DNA of 63,452 nt, counting the filler. It is 3 parts of 3 records of this genome, joined end to end, with 100 filler letters (N's around TTAATTAATTAA, not from the genome) between each part and the next. Parts side by side here need not be neighbours in the genome. Positions count along the whole stretch, not along the records: positions 22,414 to 49,463 come from SRR31156797_23914; 2 more parts are not named here. One strand, given 5' to 3'. The notes under the pieces are model-generated. The model saw only the letters and a program-made list of their open reading frames with translations. It searched no databases and had not been told where the DNA came from. Of this stretch, positions 27,579 through 37,800 are shown piece by piece. Positions within the stretch are counted from its first letter, which is position 1, and each line of letters opens with the position of its first letter. The translations under genes and the position numbers were made by a program.

Positions 27579-27610
27579 GCCCGCCCGTTTCCGATGGGGA
27601 GCGGGCGGGT
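27579..27610 (+). promoter_or_regulatory. GC-rich stem-loop between the binding-protein and permease genes (probable mRNA stabiliser or partial terminator)
   Basis: CCCGCCCG (27580-27587) pairs with CGGGCGGG (27602-27609), extendable inward with G-U pairs. No U-tract. Confidence 0.55.
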
Positions 27611-27637
27611 TCCCCTTCAAACTCGAAGGTTTGCCTA

Positions 27638-28648
27638 ATGTCCGAGACCGTCTCGTCCTCCCAACACATGGAAAAACGGTTCGAGTTGCTGCCCCTTCTG
27701 GTTCGGGCTGCGAACGTTACCGGATTGGCGATCGTCATCCTCGTTCTGGCGACGATCGTTGCCAGCCTTGCGCCGGGTTTTCTTTCTCCGTTCAACATCT
27801 TCACGCTGACCCGAAACCTTGCCATCGATACCGTCATCGGCTTCGCCATGATGGTCGTGCTGGCGACCGGCGGAATGAACCTCGCCGTCGGTTCCATTGG
27901 CGTCTGCTCGATCATGGCGACCGGATATTTCCTTGAATCGCTTGGACTTCCGATCGTCGTATCGATCGTCGGCGGCCTCGCCGTCGGCGCCATCCTCGGG
28001 TGGATCAACGGAGTCCTGATCGTCAGGACCGGCATCCATAGTTTTGTTATTACCCTGGCTACGGCCAGCCTCTATTTCGGGGCCATGCTTATTCTCACCA
28101 AGGCCGAGGCCTTTCGCGAATTGCCGGTCGCCTTCAATGCCTTGGGCAAGGCACGATACGGCTATTATTCATCCCTGTTGAGCGTCACCTTCGTAGTCGG
28201 CCTGTCGCTCTTCGTTCTGTTCAAATATTCGCTGGTCGGAAGGCAGATACTGGCTGCCGGAGCCAACCCGGTTGCCGCCAAGCTTTCCGGCACTCCGGTT
28301 GAGCGCGTCATCATTATGGCCCATGTACTTTCCGGGCTATGCGCCGGGATCGCCGGGGTCATGGTAACGGCACGCTTGGCCGCGGCTCTCCCCTCCGTCG
28401 GTCAGGATTGGCTGCTGCCGTCGTTCCTGGCGCCGTTGCTGGGGGGGACGTTGTTGTCCGGCGGCGTGGTTTCCGTGGTCGGTACGTTTTTGGGCGCGGT
28501 GCTGGTCACGGTCCTTCAGAACGGCCTCGTCCTTCTCGATGTCGGAAGCTTCTGGGTCCAGTTCTTTCTCGGATTGACGCTACTCGTCGCCGTCGGCCTC
28601 GATAGATGGCGCAGTGTCTACGTGCAGCGCGCGGGGTTAAAACGATGA
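27638..28648 (+). CDS. Sugar ABC transporter permease (RbsC-like)
   Basis: GGMNLAVGS, SFVITLA, GR.I.A.GAN..AAKLSG, GGT.LSGG. Confidence 0.9.
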   Translation: MSETVSSSQHMEKRFELLPLLVRAANVTGLAIVILVLATIVASLAPGFLSPFNIFTLTRNLAIDTVIGFAMMVVLATGGMNLAVGSIGVCSIMATGYFLESLGLPIVVSIVGGLAVGAILGWINGVLIVRTGIHSFVITLATASLYFGAMLILTKAEAFRELPVAFNALGKARYGYYSSLLSVTFVVGLSLFVLFKYSLVGRQILAAGANPVAAKLSGTPVERVIIMAHVLSGLCAGIAGVMVTARLAAALPSVGQDWLLPSFLAPLLGGTLLSGGVVSVVGTFLGAVLVTVLQNGLVLLDVGSFWVQFFLGLTLLVAVGLDRWRSVYVQRAGLKR

Positions 28649-29637
28649 AACGATCCGAATTAATTCGTTACCTGACCCACGCCGAATGGATGCCGCTGTT
28701 AGGCGTTACGACCTTCCTGATCGTTGCCCTTTCGTTGATCGCGCCGGCATTCCTGACCGAATACAACCTGTTCGTCATGTTGAGGATCCTTTCGGTCGCC
28801 GGGATCTTCGCAATGGCCCAGATGGTCGTGATCGCTGTTGGACAGATGAATCTGGCGGTTGGTGCCATCGGCGGTCTGGTCGCCATTCTTTTCGGCGGCA
28901 TGATGGAAGTCTACGGGGTGCCGGTACCGCTGGCGGCTGCCATTGGGCTCGGTGTCGGTATTCTTACCGGCTGGTTGAATGGCGCCATAATCGCCTATTC
29001 AGGCATCAATGGTTTTGTCGTTACCCTGGCCATGCTGTCGGTCTACACCGGACTGAATTACGGCATTACCGAATCGATTCCGTTCTATCACATGCCGCAA
29101 TCGCTGCTGGATTGGTACGACGGCAAGTTCGGCCCGATTCCGAATATCGTTGCCATTCCGATCCTGGCGGCAATTCTGGTCAGTCTGTTTCTGTTCCGCT
29201 CGCGGCCCGGGCGTTACATTCTTGCGACCGGCGGCAACCCGTCGGCTGCCGCGCTGTCCGGCATTTCCACGCACGCCAGCGTTATGTTGGCCCACACCGT
29301 CTCCGGCGGTTTGGCGGCATTTGCCGGAATGGTCGCCGTTGCCCGGCTTGGAACGGCGGAACCGACCATCGGCGTCGATTGGCTGCTTCCATCTTTCGCG
29401 GCACCCGTCATCGGCGGCGCCATTCTCTCCGGCGGGCATGTGTCGGTCATGGGCACCATGATCGCGGTGGTGCTGATCGTGTTGATCGAGAACGGCCTGT
29501 TGTTGGCGCGGACCGATCCGTATTACGTCCAATTTTTCCTGGGCATGCTCATCCTCGCCGCCGTTGTCTTTAACAGATGGCGGGCGGTAAAGGCCGAAAA
29601 GGCCGCAACCACGGTTACCGAGGGGGCCGCATCATGA
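28645..29637 (+). CDS. Sugar ABC transporter permease 2
   Basis: GQMNLAVGA, GRYILATGGN..AA.LSGI. ATGA overlap with the upstream permease. Confidence 0.9.
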   Translation: MKRSELIRYLTHAEWMPLLGVTTFLIVALSLIAPAFLTEYNLFVMLRILSVAGIFAMAQMVVIAVGQMNLAVGAIGGLVAILFGGMMEVYGVPVPLAAAIGLGVGILTGWLNGAIIAYSGINGFVVTLAMLSVYTGLNYGITESIPFYHMPQSLLDWYDGKFGPIPNIVAIPILAAILVSLFLFRSRPGRYILATGGNPSAAALSGISTHASVMLAHTVSGGLAAFAGMVAVARLGTAEPTIGVDWLLPSFAAPVIGGAILSGGHVSVMGTMIAVVLIVLIENGLLLARTDPYYVQFFLGMLILAAVVFNRWRAVKAEKAATTVTEGAAS

Positions 29638-31187
29638 CCGCCGCGGCTCTTTACGTCGAAAAAGCGACCAAAATATTTCCCGGGGTCAAGGCGCTCGACA
29701 GCGTCTCGATGGAACTGTTGCCCGGCGAAATCCACGCGCTTCTCGGCGAGAACGGCGCCGGCAAAAGTACGCTGATCAAGATCGTTACGGGGGTCTATCG
29801 GCCGGAAGAAGGGGATGTCCGGATCTCCGGTGAGTCGGTCAATCTCTCGTCTCCGCGTGATGCATTCGCCGCCGGCATCGGCGTCGTCCACCAGGAGCGA
29901 AATCTGATCCCGCGCTATTCGGTTGCCGAAAACATCATGATCGAACGGCTGCCGACCAAGCGGGGGTTGATCGACCGTAAGGAAATGTTCCGGCAAGCCA
30001 AGCATTGGCTGTCCGTTCTCGACCTCAACATCGATCCGTCGACCACGGTGAACCGGCTTTCGGTCGCTCAGATGCAGTTGGTCGAGATCGCCCGGGCCCT
30101 TTCGCAGGAAAGCCGCATTCTCCTGCTGGATGAACCGACGGCGTCGATTACCGAAAACGAGATCAAGAACCTCTTCAGTCTGCTTCGCCGCCTGAAAGAC
30201 GACGGCGTCGCAATTCTGTTCGTCAGCCACAAGTTGGAAGAGGTTTTCCAACTCTGTGACCGGGTGACGATACTGCGCGACGGCCGAAATGCCTGTTCCG
30301 GAATCCCGATCGCCGATCTCGATAAGCAGCGCATGGTCGCGCACATGGTTGGCCGGGACGATGCACTCGGCGATATCGGAGAACGTAAGGCCGATCTCGG
30401 TGAGGTCAAGCTGGAGCTCAAAGGCGTTTCAACGACGATCGGTCATCGCGATATCGACCTCGAAGTGCGCAAGGGCGAAGTCGTCGGACTTTACGGATTG
30501 GTCGGGGCCGGTCGAAGCGAGTTGGCAAAGGCGGTAATCGGCGCTGAACGGATCACCGGCGGCGAGGTTCGTATCAACGGCAAGCTTGCGAAAATCCGGG
30601 GTGTGCAGGACGCCCTGCAGAAATGGCGCATCGGATACGTTTCCGAAGACCGTAAACAGGAAGGCCTGATCCTTGTCCACTCGGTGGCGAAGAACACCGG
30701 AATCACCATCTGGCATCGGCTTGGCAAGTTTCTGAACCTGTTTACCGACTCACAGGAAAAAGAGGCGATAACCTCTTTCGTGCAGAAGCTCGACGTTCGA
30801 ACGCCGTCGTTGGATCAGGACGTCGGCAATCTGTCGGGTGGCAATCAACAGAAAGTCAGCGTTGCCAAGTGGCTGGCCGCGGAAGCCGAGATCCTGATCG
30901 TCGACGAACCGACTGTCGGCATCGATATTCGGACAAAGGGTTATCTGCATCGCCTCGTATGGGATCTGGCCGAACAGGGCGTCGCGGTTCTGCTGATCAC
31001 CAGCGATCTGCCGGAGATGGTTCTGCTTGCGGATCGCGTTGTCGTCATGAGGGATTTCCGCGCCATCGGGAATTTCCCGAATACATACAATTACGAACAA
31101 ATGAGTCGGCGAATCATGGGGCGCATCCATGAAGCCGAACCCGAAGGAGATCAGGCAGAAGGCGCGCTGGCGCCACAGGGAGCTTAA
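29634..31187 (+). CDS. Sugar ABC transporter ATP-binding protein (RbsA-like, two NBDs)
   Basis: GENGAGKST, LLDEPT, EDRK.EGL, LSGGNQQK. ATGA overlap. Confidence 0.93.
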   Translation: MTAAALYVEKATKIFPGVKALDSVSMELLPGEIHALLGENGAGKSTLIKIVTGVYRPEEGDVRISGESVNLSSPRDAFAAGIGVVHQERNLIPRYSVAENIMIERLPTKRGLIDRKEMFRQAKHWLSVLDLNIDPSTTVNRLSVAQMQLVEIARALSQESRILLLDEPTASITENEIKNLFSLLRRLKDDGVAILFVSHKLEEVFQLCDRVTILRDGRNACSGIPIADLDKQRMVAHMVGRDDALGDIGERKADLGEVKLELKGVSTTIGHRDIDLEVRKGEVVGLYGLVGAGRSELAKAVIGAERITGGEVRINGKLAKIRGVQDALQKWRIGYVSEDRKQEGLILVHSVAKNTGITIWHRLGKFLNLFTDSQEKEAITSFVQKLDVRTPSLDQDVGNLSGGNQQKVSVAKWLAAEAEILIVDEPTVGIDIRTKGYLHRLVWDLAEQGVAVLLITSDLPEMVLLADRVVVMRDFRAIGNFPNTYNYEQMSRRIMGRIHEAEPEGDQAEGALAPQGA

Positions 31188-31190
31188 ATC

Positions 31191-32198
31191 ATGGCAGACC
31201 CAACAGTTCGCGTTCCGCTCGCCAATACCGGATTGAGCGTTACCCGCTTGAGCATCGGTACCGCGCCGATCGGCAACCTTCTGAGCGAGGTTTCGGAAGA
31301 AGACGCGGCGGCGGCGATCGGGGCCGCGTTTGAATCGGGTGTGCGCTACATCGATATGGCGCCTTTTTACGGTTACGGGCTGGCCGAACAGCGTGCCGGC
31401 CGCGGCTTGGCCGGCCAGTCGCGTGACGACTTCGTCGTCTCGACCAAGGTCGGACGGTTGATCCGCCCGGGCAAAAGAACGGGAACGGAGATTTTCGGAG
31501 ACAACGAATCGTTTTATCTGGCCAACGACGAAATGTGCTGCGTGCTCGACTACAGCTATGACGGGGTCATGCGTTCCCTTGAGGACAGCCTGGAGAGGAC
31601 CGGCCTCGACCGGATCGATATCCTGCATATTCACGATCCCGACGATCATTTCGATGAAGCGGTCAGTGGCGCCTACAAGGCGCTCGCCAAACTGCGCAGC
31701 GACGGCACGATCAGTGCGGTATCCGCCGGCATGAACCAGTGGGAAATGCTGTCGCGGTTCATGGACATCGGCGACTTCGACTGTTTCCTGCTGGCCGGCC
31801 GGTACACGCTGCTGGATCAGACGGCGCTGCCCGAGTTCATGCCGAAATGCGTGAAGAAGGGCGTTTCGGTGATCATCGGTGGCGTTTACAACAGCGGCCT
31901 GCTGGCCGATCCGCGCCCCGGCATCACCTTTAACTATGTCGAGGCGCCGAAAGAACTGATTGACCGTGCGCTTCAGATTCAAGCGGTCTGTTTGCGCCAC
32001 GGCGTTCCCCTGAAAGCCGCGGCCATTCAGTTCCCGCTCGGGCATCCGGCGGTTGCCACCATCCTGACGGGTGTCCGATCGAAGGAGGAATATCAAGAAA
32101 ACGAGCGCCTGTTCCGTCATCCGATTCCGGATGACCTTTGGGCGGAACTTAAAGCCGAAGGCCTGCTGGCCGAAGATGCCCCGGTGCCGACCAAATAA
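31191..32198 (+). CDS. Aldo/keto reductase, D-threo-aldose (L-fucose-type) 1-dehydrogenase-like
   Basis: GTAPIGNL, D.APFYG.GLAE, STKVGR, DYSYDGV.RSLEDSL.R, IHDPD, LLAGRYTLL. Confidence 0.85.
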   Translation: MADPTVRVPLANTGLSVTRLSIGTAPIGNLLSEVSEEDAAAAIGAAFESGVRYIDMAPFYGYGLAEQRAGRGLAGQSRDDFVVSTKVGRLIRPGKRTGTEIFGDNESFYLANDEMCCVLDYSYDGVMRSLEDSLERTGLDRIDILHIHDPDDHFDEAVSGAYKALAKLRSDGTISAVSAGMNQWEMLSRFMDIGDFDCFLLAGRYTLLDQTALPEFMPKCVKKGVSVIIGGVYNSGLLADPRPGITFNYVEAPKELIDRALQIQAVCLRHGVPLKAAAIQFPLGHPAVATILTGVRSKEEYQENERLFRHPIPDDLWAELKAEGLLAEDAPVPTK

Positions 32199-32210
32199 GG
32201 AGGGCGCAAC

Positions 32211-33110
32211 ATGACCAGACAACTCGTCGTCGACTCACATCAACATTTTTGGGATCCGACAAAGGCTGACTATCCGTGGATGATGGCCGATGAACTGACG
32301 CCGATCCGGCGGCCCATCGGGCCTGCGGACCTGCGGCCGATTCTCCGGGAGAACGGCGTCGACCGTTCGGTCGTCGTTCAGACCCGCTCGGATATCGGTG
32401 AAACCCATGAATTCCTGGCCATTGCCGCCGAAACGGATTTCGTCGCCGGCGTCGTCGGTTGGGTTGATCTGACCGATCCCGGTATTGCCGATGTGTTGAC
32501 GGAACTTCGCGAAGGGCCGAACGGCGAATGGCTGGTCGCGATCCGCCATCAGGTTCACGACGAAGAGGACCCGAATTGGGTAGCGCGAGACGATGTGGTC
32601 CGCGGCATCGGCGAAATCGGCAAGGCCGGGCTGGCCTATGATTTGTTGCCGCGTGAGCGTGAACTGCCAGCCTGTCTCAAGGCCGTCGACGCCCATCCGG
32701 ATATGCGCTTCGTGATTGATCATATCGCCAAGCCCCGGATGGCCGAGGGCGTGATGGAACCCTGGGCGGCGCGCCTGAAGGAAATCGCCAAGCGGCAGAA
32801 CGTCTGGTGCAAATTGTCGGGCATGGTTACCGAGGCCGATTGGAAATCCTGGACGCCCGAAAACCTGAAGCCCTATGTCGAATTTGTCATGGAATGCTTC
32901 GGCGAGGACCGCGTCATGTTCGGATCCGACTGGCCCGTGTGCCTTTTGGCTGCCGAATACGGGGCCGTAAAGGGAACGCTGGAACGGCTGCTTAATCTGG
33001 ACGGGCAATCGCGGGACAAGGTCTTTGGCGCCAACGCAATGGCCTTTTACGGATTGACCGAGGACAAGCCGGCAGTGTCCGGTCCCAAACAAACAGCCGG
33101 CGTTTCCTAG
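32211..33110 (+). CDS. Amidohydrolase-family sugar lactonase (L-fuconolactonase-like)
   Basis: DSHQHFW, GVVGWVDL, IDHIAKP, CKLSGMVTEA, MFGSDWPVC. Confidence 0.85.
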   Translation: MTRQLVVDSHQHFWDPTKADYPWMMADELTPIRRPIGPADLRPILRENGVDRSVVVQTRSDIGETHEFLAIAAETDFVAGVVGWVDLTDPGIADVLTELREGPNGEWLVAIRHQVHDEEDPNWVARDDVVRGIGEIGKAGLAYDLLPRERELPACLKAVDAHPDMRFVIDHIAKPRMAEGVMEPWAARLKEIAKRQNVWCKLSGMVTEADWKSWTPENLKPYVEFVMECFGEDRVMFGSDWPVCLLAAEYGAVKGTLERLLNLDGQSRDKVFGANAMAFYGLTEDKPAVSGPKQTAGVS

Positions 33111-33307
33111 TCTCCGAGGATTTCGACACGGGTGGCGCCGGATTGCATCGCTTGCTGTGCGCTTTTCGTCCTCGTCTCGGGGGCGGGCCGGAGGACATTT
33201 GGGACGGCTTCGACGCCTGGGGCCAAATGCTCCTCCGGCATCACCCGAGGCAATGACGGGTCGAGCGAAAACAGCAATATCAACCGCTGACGCGAAGGAG
33301 GCTCATC

Positions 33308-34438
33308 ATGCCCATGCTTTTTGGACGGTCGTTTTCGCGCCGGGAACTTGCCAGGCGGGTCGGGGATTTTTCACAGGTTTTCGGCGTCGAACTCCTTTCC
33401 CATGAGGACGGACGGGAACGGGCCTTGCGTGTCCTGCGGTTTCGTACCGGATCCGGACTGGGTTTCGACATTCTCGTCGACCGGGCAATGGATCTTGGCG
33501 GCATGACCTATCGCGGGGTGCCGATCGGCTGGAATTCGCCGGCCGGTTTCCGCCATCCCTGGCTGCACGAAGTCGATGCCGAAGACGGCCTCGGATGGTT
33601 GCGGTCGTTCTCGGGCATGATGAATACCTGCGGGTTGGATCACATCATGGCGGCGACCGAGGATACGGCCGATCACTATTGTTATCCGGACCGCAAACGT
33701 GTTTTCCACGGCCTTCACGGCCGCATCAGCTATCAGCCGGCCCGCCTTACGGGATACGGGGAACGATGGGAGGACGATCGCTGTTTCCTGTATGCCGAAG
33801 GCGAGATCCGGCAGGCGGCGATGTATGCCGAGAACCTTGTTCTGGAACGACGGATCGAGGTCGAAGTGGGAACGGATACGGTTCGCATTCGTGACCGGGT
33901 GCGCAACCTGGGTTTCTATCCGACGCCCCACCTGTTGCTTTACCACGTCAACCTGGGCTGGCCGGTGGTTGACGACGCGACGCGCCTGGTCGCACCGATC
34001 GAGAACACGCCGTTTACCGCCCACGATCCCGATGCCACCGAATTCGGCCCGATCCAGCAGGCCGAGCCGCAATCCCGCTTTTATCAGCAGGTTTACGAGC
34101 ACCAGGTCGCGGCGCAACCGGATGGCACCGCGCACGCCGCTCTTGTCAATGACGGTTTCGAGACGCCGGCGGGAGAGCGCGGCATCGGGCTTGAGATCGC
34201 ATGGGATCCGCAGGCCATGCCGGCCCTATACCAATGGCAGAATCTCCAGGAAGGAAACTACGTCGTCGCGATGGAACCGGCGACGGTTCACGGCGGAAGC
34301 CGCAAAGACTGGAACGACCGCGGCGAAATCCGAACCCTCGAACACGGGGATTGCTGGGACTACCAATTGGATATCACCCCGTACGCCGGTCAAACGGCGA
34401 TCGGCGATCTCGAAAGGCGTCTGGCTGTCGCGGCCTGA
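33308..34438 (+). CDS. DUF4432 / aldose 1-epimerase-like protein
   Basis: G.GL.FDIL.DR.MD, W.RSF.G...TCGL, LHGRIS, LYHVN.GWP, W.....G.YV...EP. Confidence 0.8.
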   Translation: MPMLFGRSFSRRELARRVGDFSQVFGVELLSHEDGRERALRVLRFRTGSGLGFDILVDRAMDLGGMTYRGVPIGWNSPAGFRHPWLHEVDAEDGLGWLRSFSGMMNTCGLDHIMAATEDTADHYCYPDRKRVFHGLHGRISYQPARLTGYGERWEDDRCFLYAEGEIRQAAMYAENLVLERRIEVEVGTDTVRIRDRVRNLGFYPTPHLLLYHVNLGWPVVDDATRLVAPIENTPFTAHDPDATEFGPIQQAEPQSRFYQQVYEHQVAAQPDGTAHAALVNDGFETPAGERGIGLEIAWDPQAMPALYQWQNLQEGNYVVAMEPATVHGGSRKDWNDRGEIRTLEHGDCWDYQLDITPYAGQTAIGDLERRLAVAA

Positions 34439-34845
34439 TCGCGGCTCGATGCGCGCCCGCATCTATCTCTGCCCTTGGGGCCAATGACCCGGCTTTGCTG
34501 CCTTCCTCGAAGACGGCATTGAATTTCGCGGACCGCCTCCGCCGTCGACGGAGCGGTTAAAAAAAAGCGAAACGCCTCGGTCAGAATGGTCCTACCTAAC
34601 CGGAAAATGATCTAGGCGCTTTCGGATGGGGAACCCGGATTTACGGGCTGTTCAGGTGGCCCGCCGCAACCGGCTTCGCTCCGAACTCAAAACAATGACA
34701 AGGGATACGGTAGAATTGGCCGGCCATTGATCAACTGAAAATCCCTATTTATGAATATAAAGGCATCAGGTAAACTATTGAAAAAGAAAAATAATTCAAT
34801 AATTCCATGAGGTCGGCACATTAGGAATTCGGGAGGAAACGAAAA

Positions 34846-37800
34846 ATGCAAAAGATCAACTTGGTTGGATCTGTTTTTTTCTTTTCTTTTTTGATCGGTA
34901 TTCTCGCCGCGCCCCTTGATGCGTCCGCCCAAATCAATAAGGAAAAACTTGAGGCTCTGATGCAGGGCCAAAGCGCGGCGCATCATATTGAGATGGCGCT
35001 CAAGGAACTGACCGGGTGGGACGTCCCCGGGCTGGAAGGCGTAAAGATCAAGGGCGTAAGAACCGGCCATAATTTTTTCTCCGGTGAATTGCCTGCGGTT
35101 GCGGGCGGCAAAATCAAGCCGAAGGTCGTCGGGTTCAAGTCCGGCCAGCAGCATAAATACACTGTCGGAATCGTCGTTGAACGCGTAAATCTCGCCGATT
35201 TTTCAAGCGCGCTCAGAAATACCCCGCTTCATGACCTCACCATTCAAAGCCTGCAGCTCATCTCGGTTCCTCCCGAAAACGCCAATCAATCGACACCGAT
35301 CCCTTCCGAACTCAGGAATGATCTCGGCAGTTCTCCTGTCAGGAAACCAGCCGGCACGTCGTTCACCGCACAGACCAAACTGATCGGACCGGCCGGCGCT
35401 CTGGTGAACATGCTCGGTGTTTCGGCGCGACCGTTCCCCATTGCCGGCAGCATCGATCCGGGATTGTTCGCCGGCAAAATAACCGGCAGCCAGTTGAAGC
35501 AGGAATTCCTGAAACGTCTCGATATCACCCTGCCGTTGCCGTCCTTGAATCCCCGGTGGCGCCCGACATTTATTTCATTCCGGAAATCGGCCCTGCGCAT
35601 AGTCGGCAGCGGCTCGTCGATTGCCATGCGCGTCGATACGGGAATCGACCTGAAACTCGACAAGACACTGCGCTTTTCGCCCGCAACCGTGACCTACGAC
35701 GGGAATAAAAAAGTCCTTTCAATCGAGGCTTCGCTGGCAAAAGGCAGCCCGAACCTTTCTTTGCCCATTCATGGCGCATCGGTTTCCGGGCTTAAATTCT
35801 CGGCAGAGATCGGCGGCGGCCAACCTGAATTTGCTTTGGATGGCCATATCGGCATCAATAAGAAAGACCACACCTTCTCGACGGAAATCACCGGCAGAAC
35901 CAAGGCCGAATATGTTCTGAAATTCGGCGGTGCGTTTACGCTGGCCGATCTCGGCGCCCCCGACGTCCCCGGGCTCGACAAGGTTTCCGTGACCGATCCG
36001 GTCATATCCAACATCGTTTCATCGGGCGACATCCAGATCGGCACGGTCGATGCCAGCGTGTTTGTGTTTAAGCCCGAGGGCCGACACAAACCGGTCGTCG
36101 CCGTGATTCCGAAATCAAATGCGCTGACGGATTTCGTTCCGGCACTAAAACCAACCCCGCTTGCCGATCTTAAATTCAAGCTCTTGGCGTTCTTGATCGC
36201 TCCCGGGGAAAACGCCGGAATCAAGATCCGTCTGCCGGACGATCTATTCCGCAAAACCGGCGTCGGTTCTGTCGTCTTAAAACCGGGCGTCAATCTTCGT
36301 GGATCTACGGAGATTATCGGTAAGTCTGCCCAACTTTTGAAGAGGTTCAACCTCCCGTCCAAGGTCGGAAAGGTTCACGGAACGTTTGATCCCAGTATTT
36401 TCCAGCAGCCGAAAAGCCTGACAAAGGCGTTTGTCGCGCAGCTCGATCTCAAAATCCCGATCCAGGATCTCAAACTGCCGGGCGTAAGGCTTAGCGAACC
36501 GGCTCTGCGTATCAAAGGCTATGACGACGGCATCGGAGCCAAGATGACGGCGACCGTGAAAGCAAGTATCGCCGGCGAATCCCTGGATTTCGAGGATGTT
36601 GAAATCGAAGTCGCCGAACACGGCGGCCAGAAAACCTATCACCTTGCGGGGACATCCCACAAAAATTGGTCGAAGGCGCTTGGTATTTCGTGGCTGAGCA
36701 TTCGAAACCTCGGCCTCGACGCCAAACTGGGTGCCGAAAAAAGCATCTCGATTTCCGGGCTGACCTCGGTCGGCAAGGTCCACGATCTGACGGCAAGCAT
36801 CGATTTGAGCGTCGCCGGGGGCAACGTAGACGATTACGGCATCGCGTTGACCGGGGCCCCCATTCCCTTGGACGCGTTTCCCGGGTTTCACGAATTGCCG
36901 CACACCGACGGGTTCGCGTTGCAGGACGTTGTGATTTCCAGACGTGAAATCGCCGGCACGACATTGACCAAAAAAATCAAGCTCTTGGATGGATTGCGAA
37001 CGGTCGTCTTTAAGGTTGGGGAGAGGTGGAGCTTCGCCATGCTGCGGCCGAACCTGACATTCGCGGACCTCATTCCCCTCAAGGGGCCGGCGGAAAAAGT
37101 CCTCAAGAAAATCAAAATGGATGAAGCGGCGATTGTTGTCAGCACCGCCGGATTGAACAACCCGCTGTCCGATTTGCCGCCGGCGGCCCGGGCGGCGATG
37201 GAAAAAATCTATGGCACCAACGATCGACTCGAGCACCTGCATCTGACCAACGGGCTCAATCTGGTTGCCGCCATCGATCCCAAACATTTCGGCAAGGCCC
37301 TGTCGGATCTTAGCGGCAAGGGTGGGACGCCCTTGGCCTTCAGCGGCGGCATCGGCGGACTGTTCGGCGGGCCGCCGTCAATCGATATCGCGGCCAGCAT
37401 TCCCCGAATTGAAATGCCGAAATCCCTGCATTTCCTCGAACTCCCGACCGAACTGCAGACGTCCTTCTTTGTTCGCATACAAGAGGACCTGACCGATTTC
37501 GGAATTGAGCTTGCGACGCTTCTGGACGTCAAAACCAAACGGCAAAAGGTCAAATTTGACACCACCCTTGATTTTGAAATCGATACGGAAGGCGGCCTGG
37601 CGATCGATGTTCAGGGCAGGACCGACAGCGTCTGGAAAAATGCCCTCGGCATCAAGGGTTTCAACCTGGATCCCGGCACCCGTATGGAAATCAAGGTCGG
37701 GGCCTCGACCCAAGTCGATGTTACGTTTGTTGGCAAATCCCATATCGGACGCAAAGAAGTTGATGTCACCGCCACTGTCGGCGTGATCGGCGGAGAAACG

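Noticed and set aside
30750-32222. Long alternative ORFs (490 aa here; also 48238-49515, 56597-57973, 46498-47562, 43197-44231)
   Set aside because: They are antisense or frame-shifted shadows of well-supported genes in GC-rich DNA, with no recognisable motifs.
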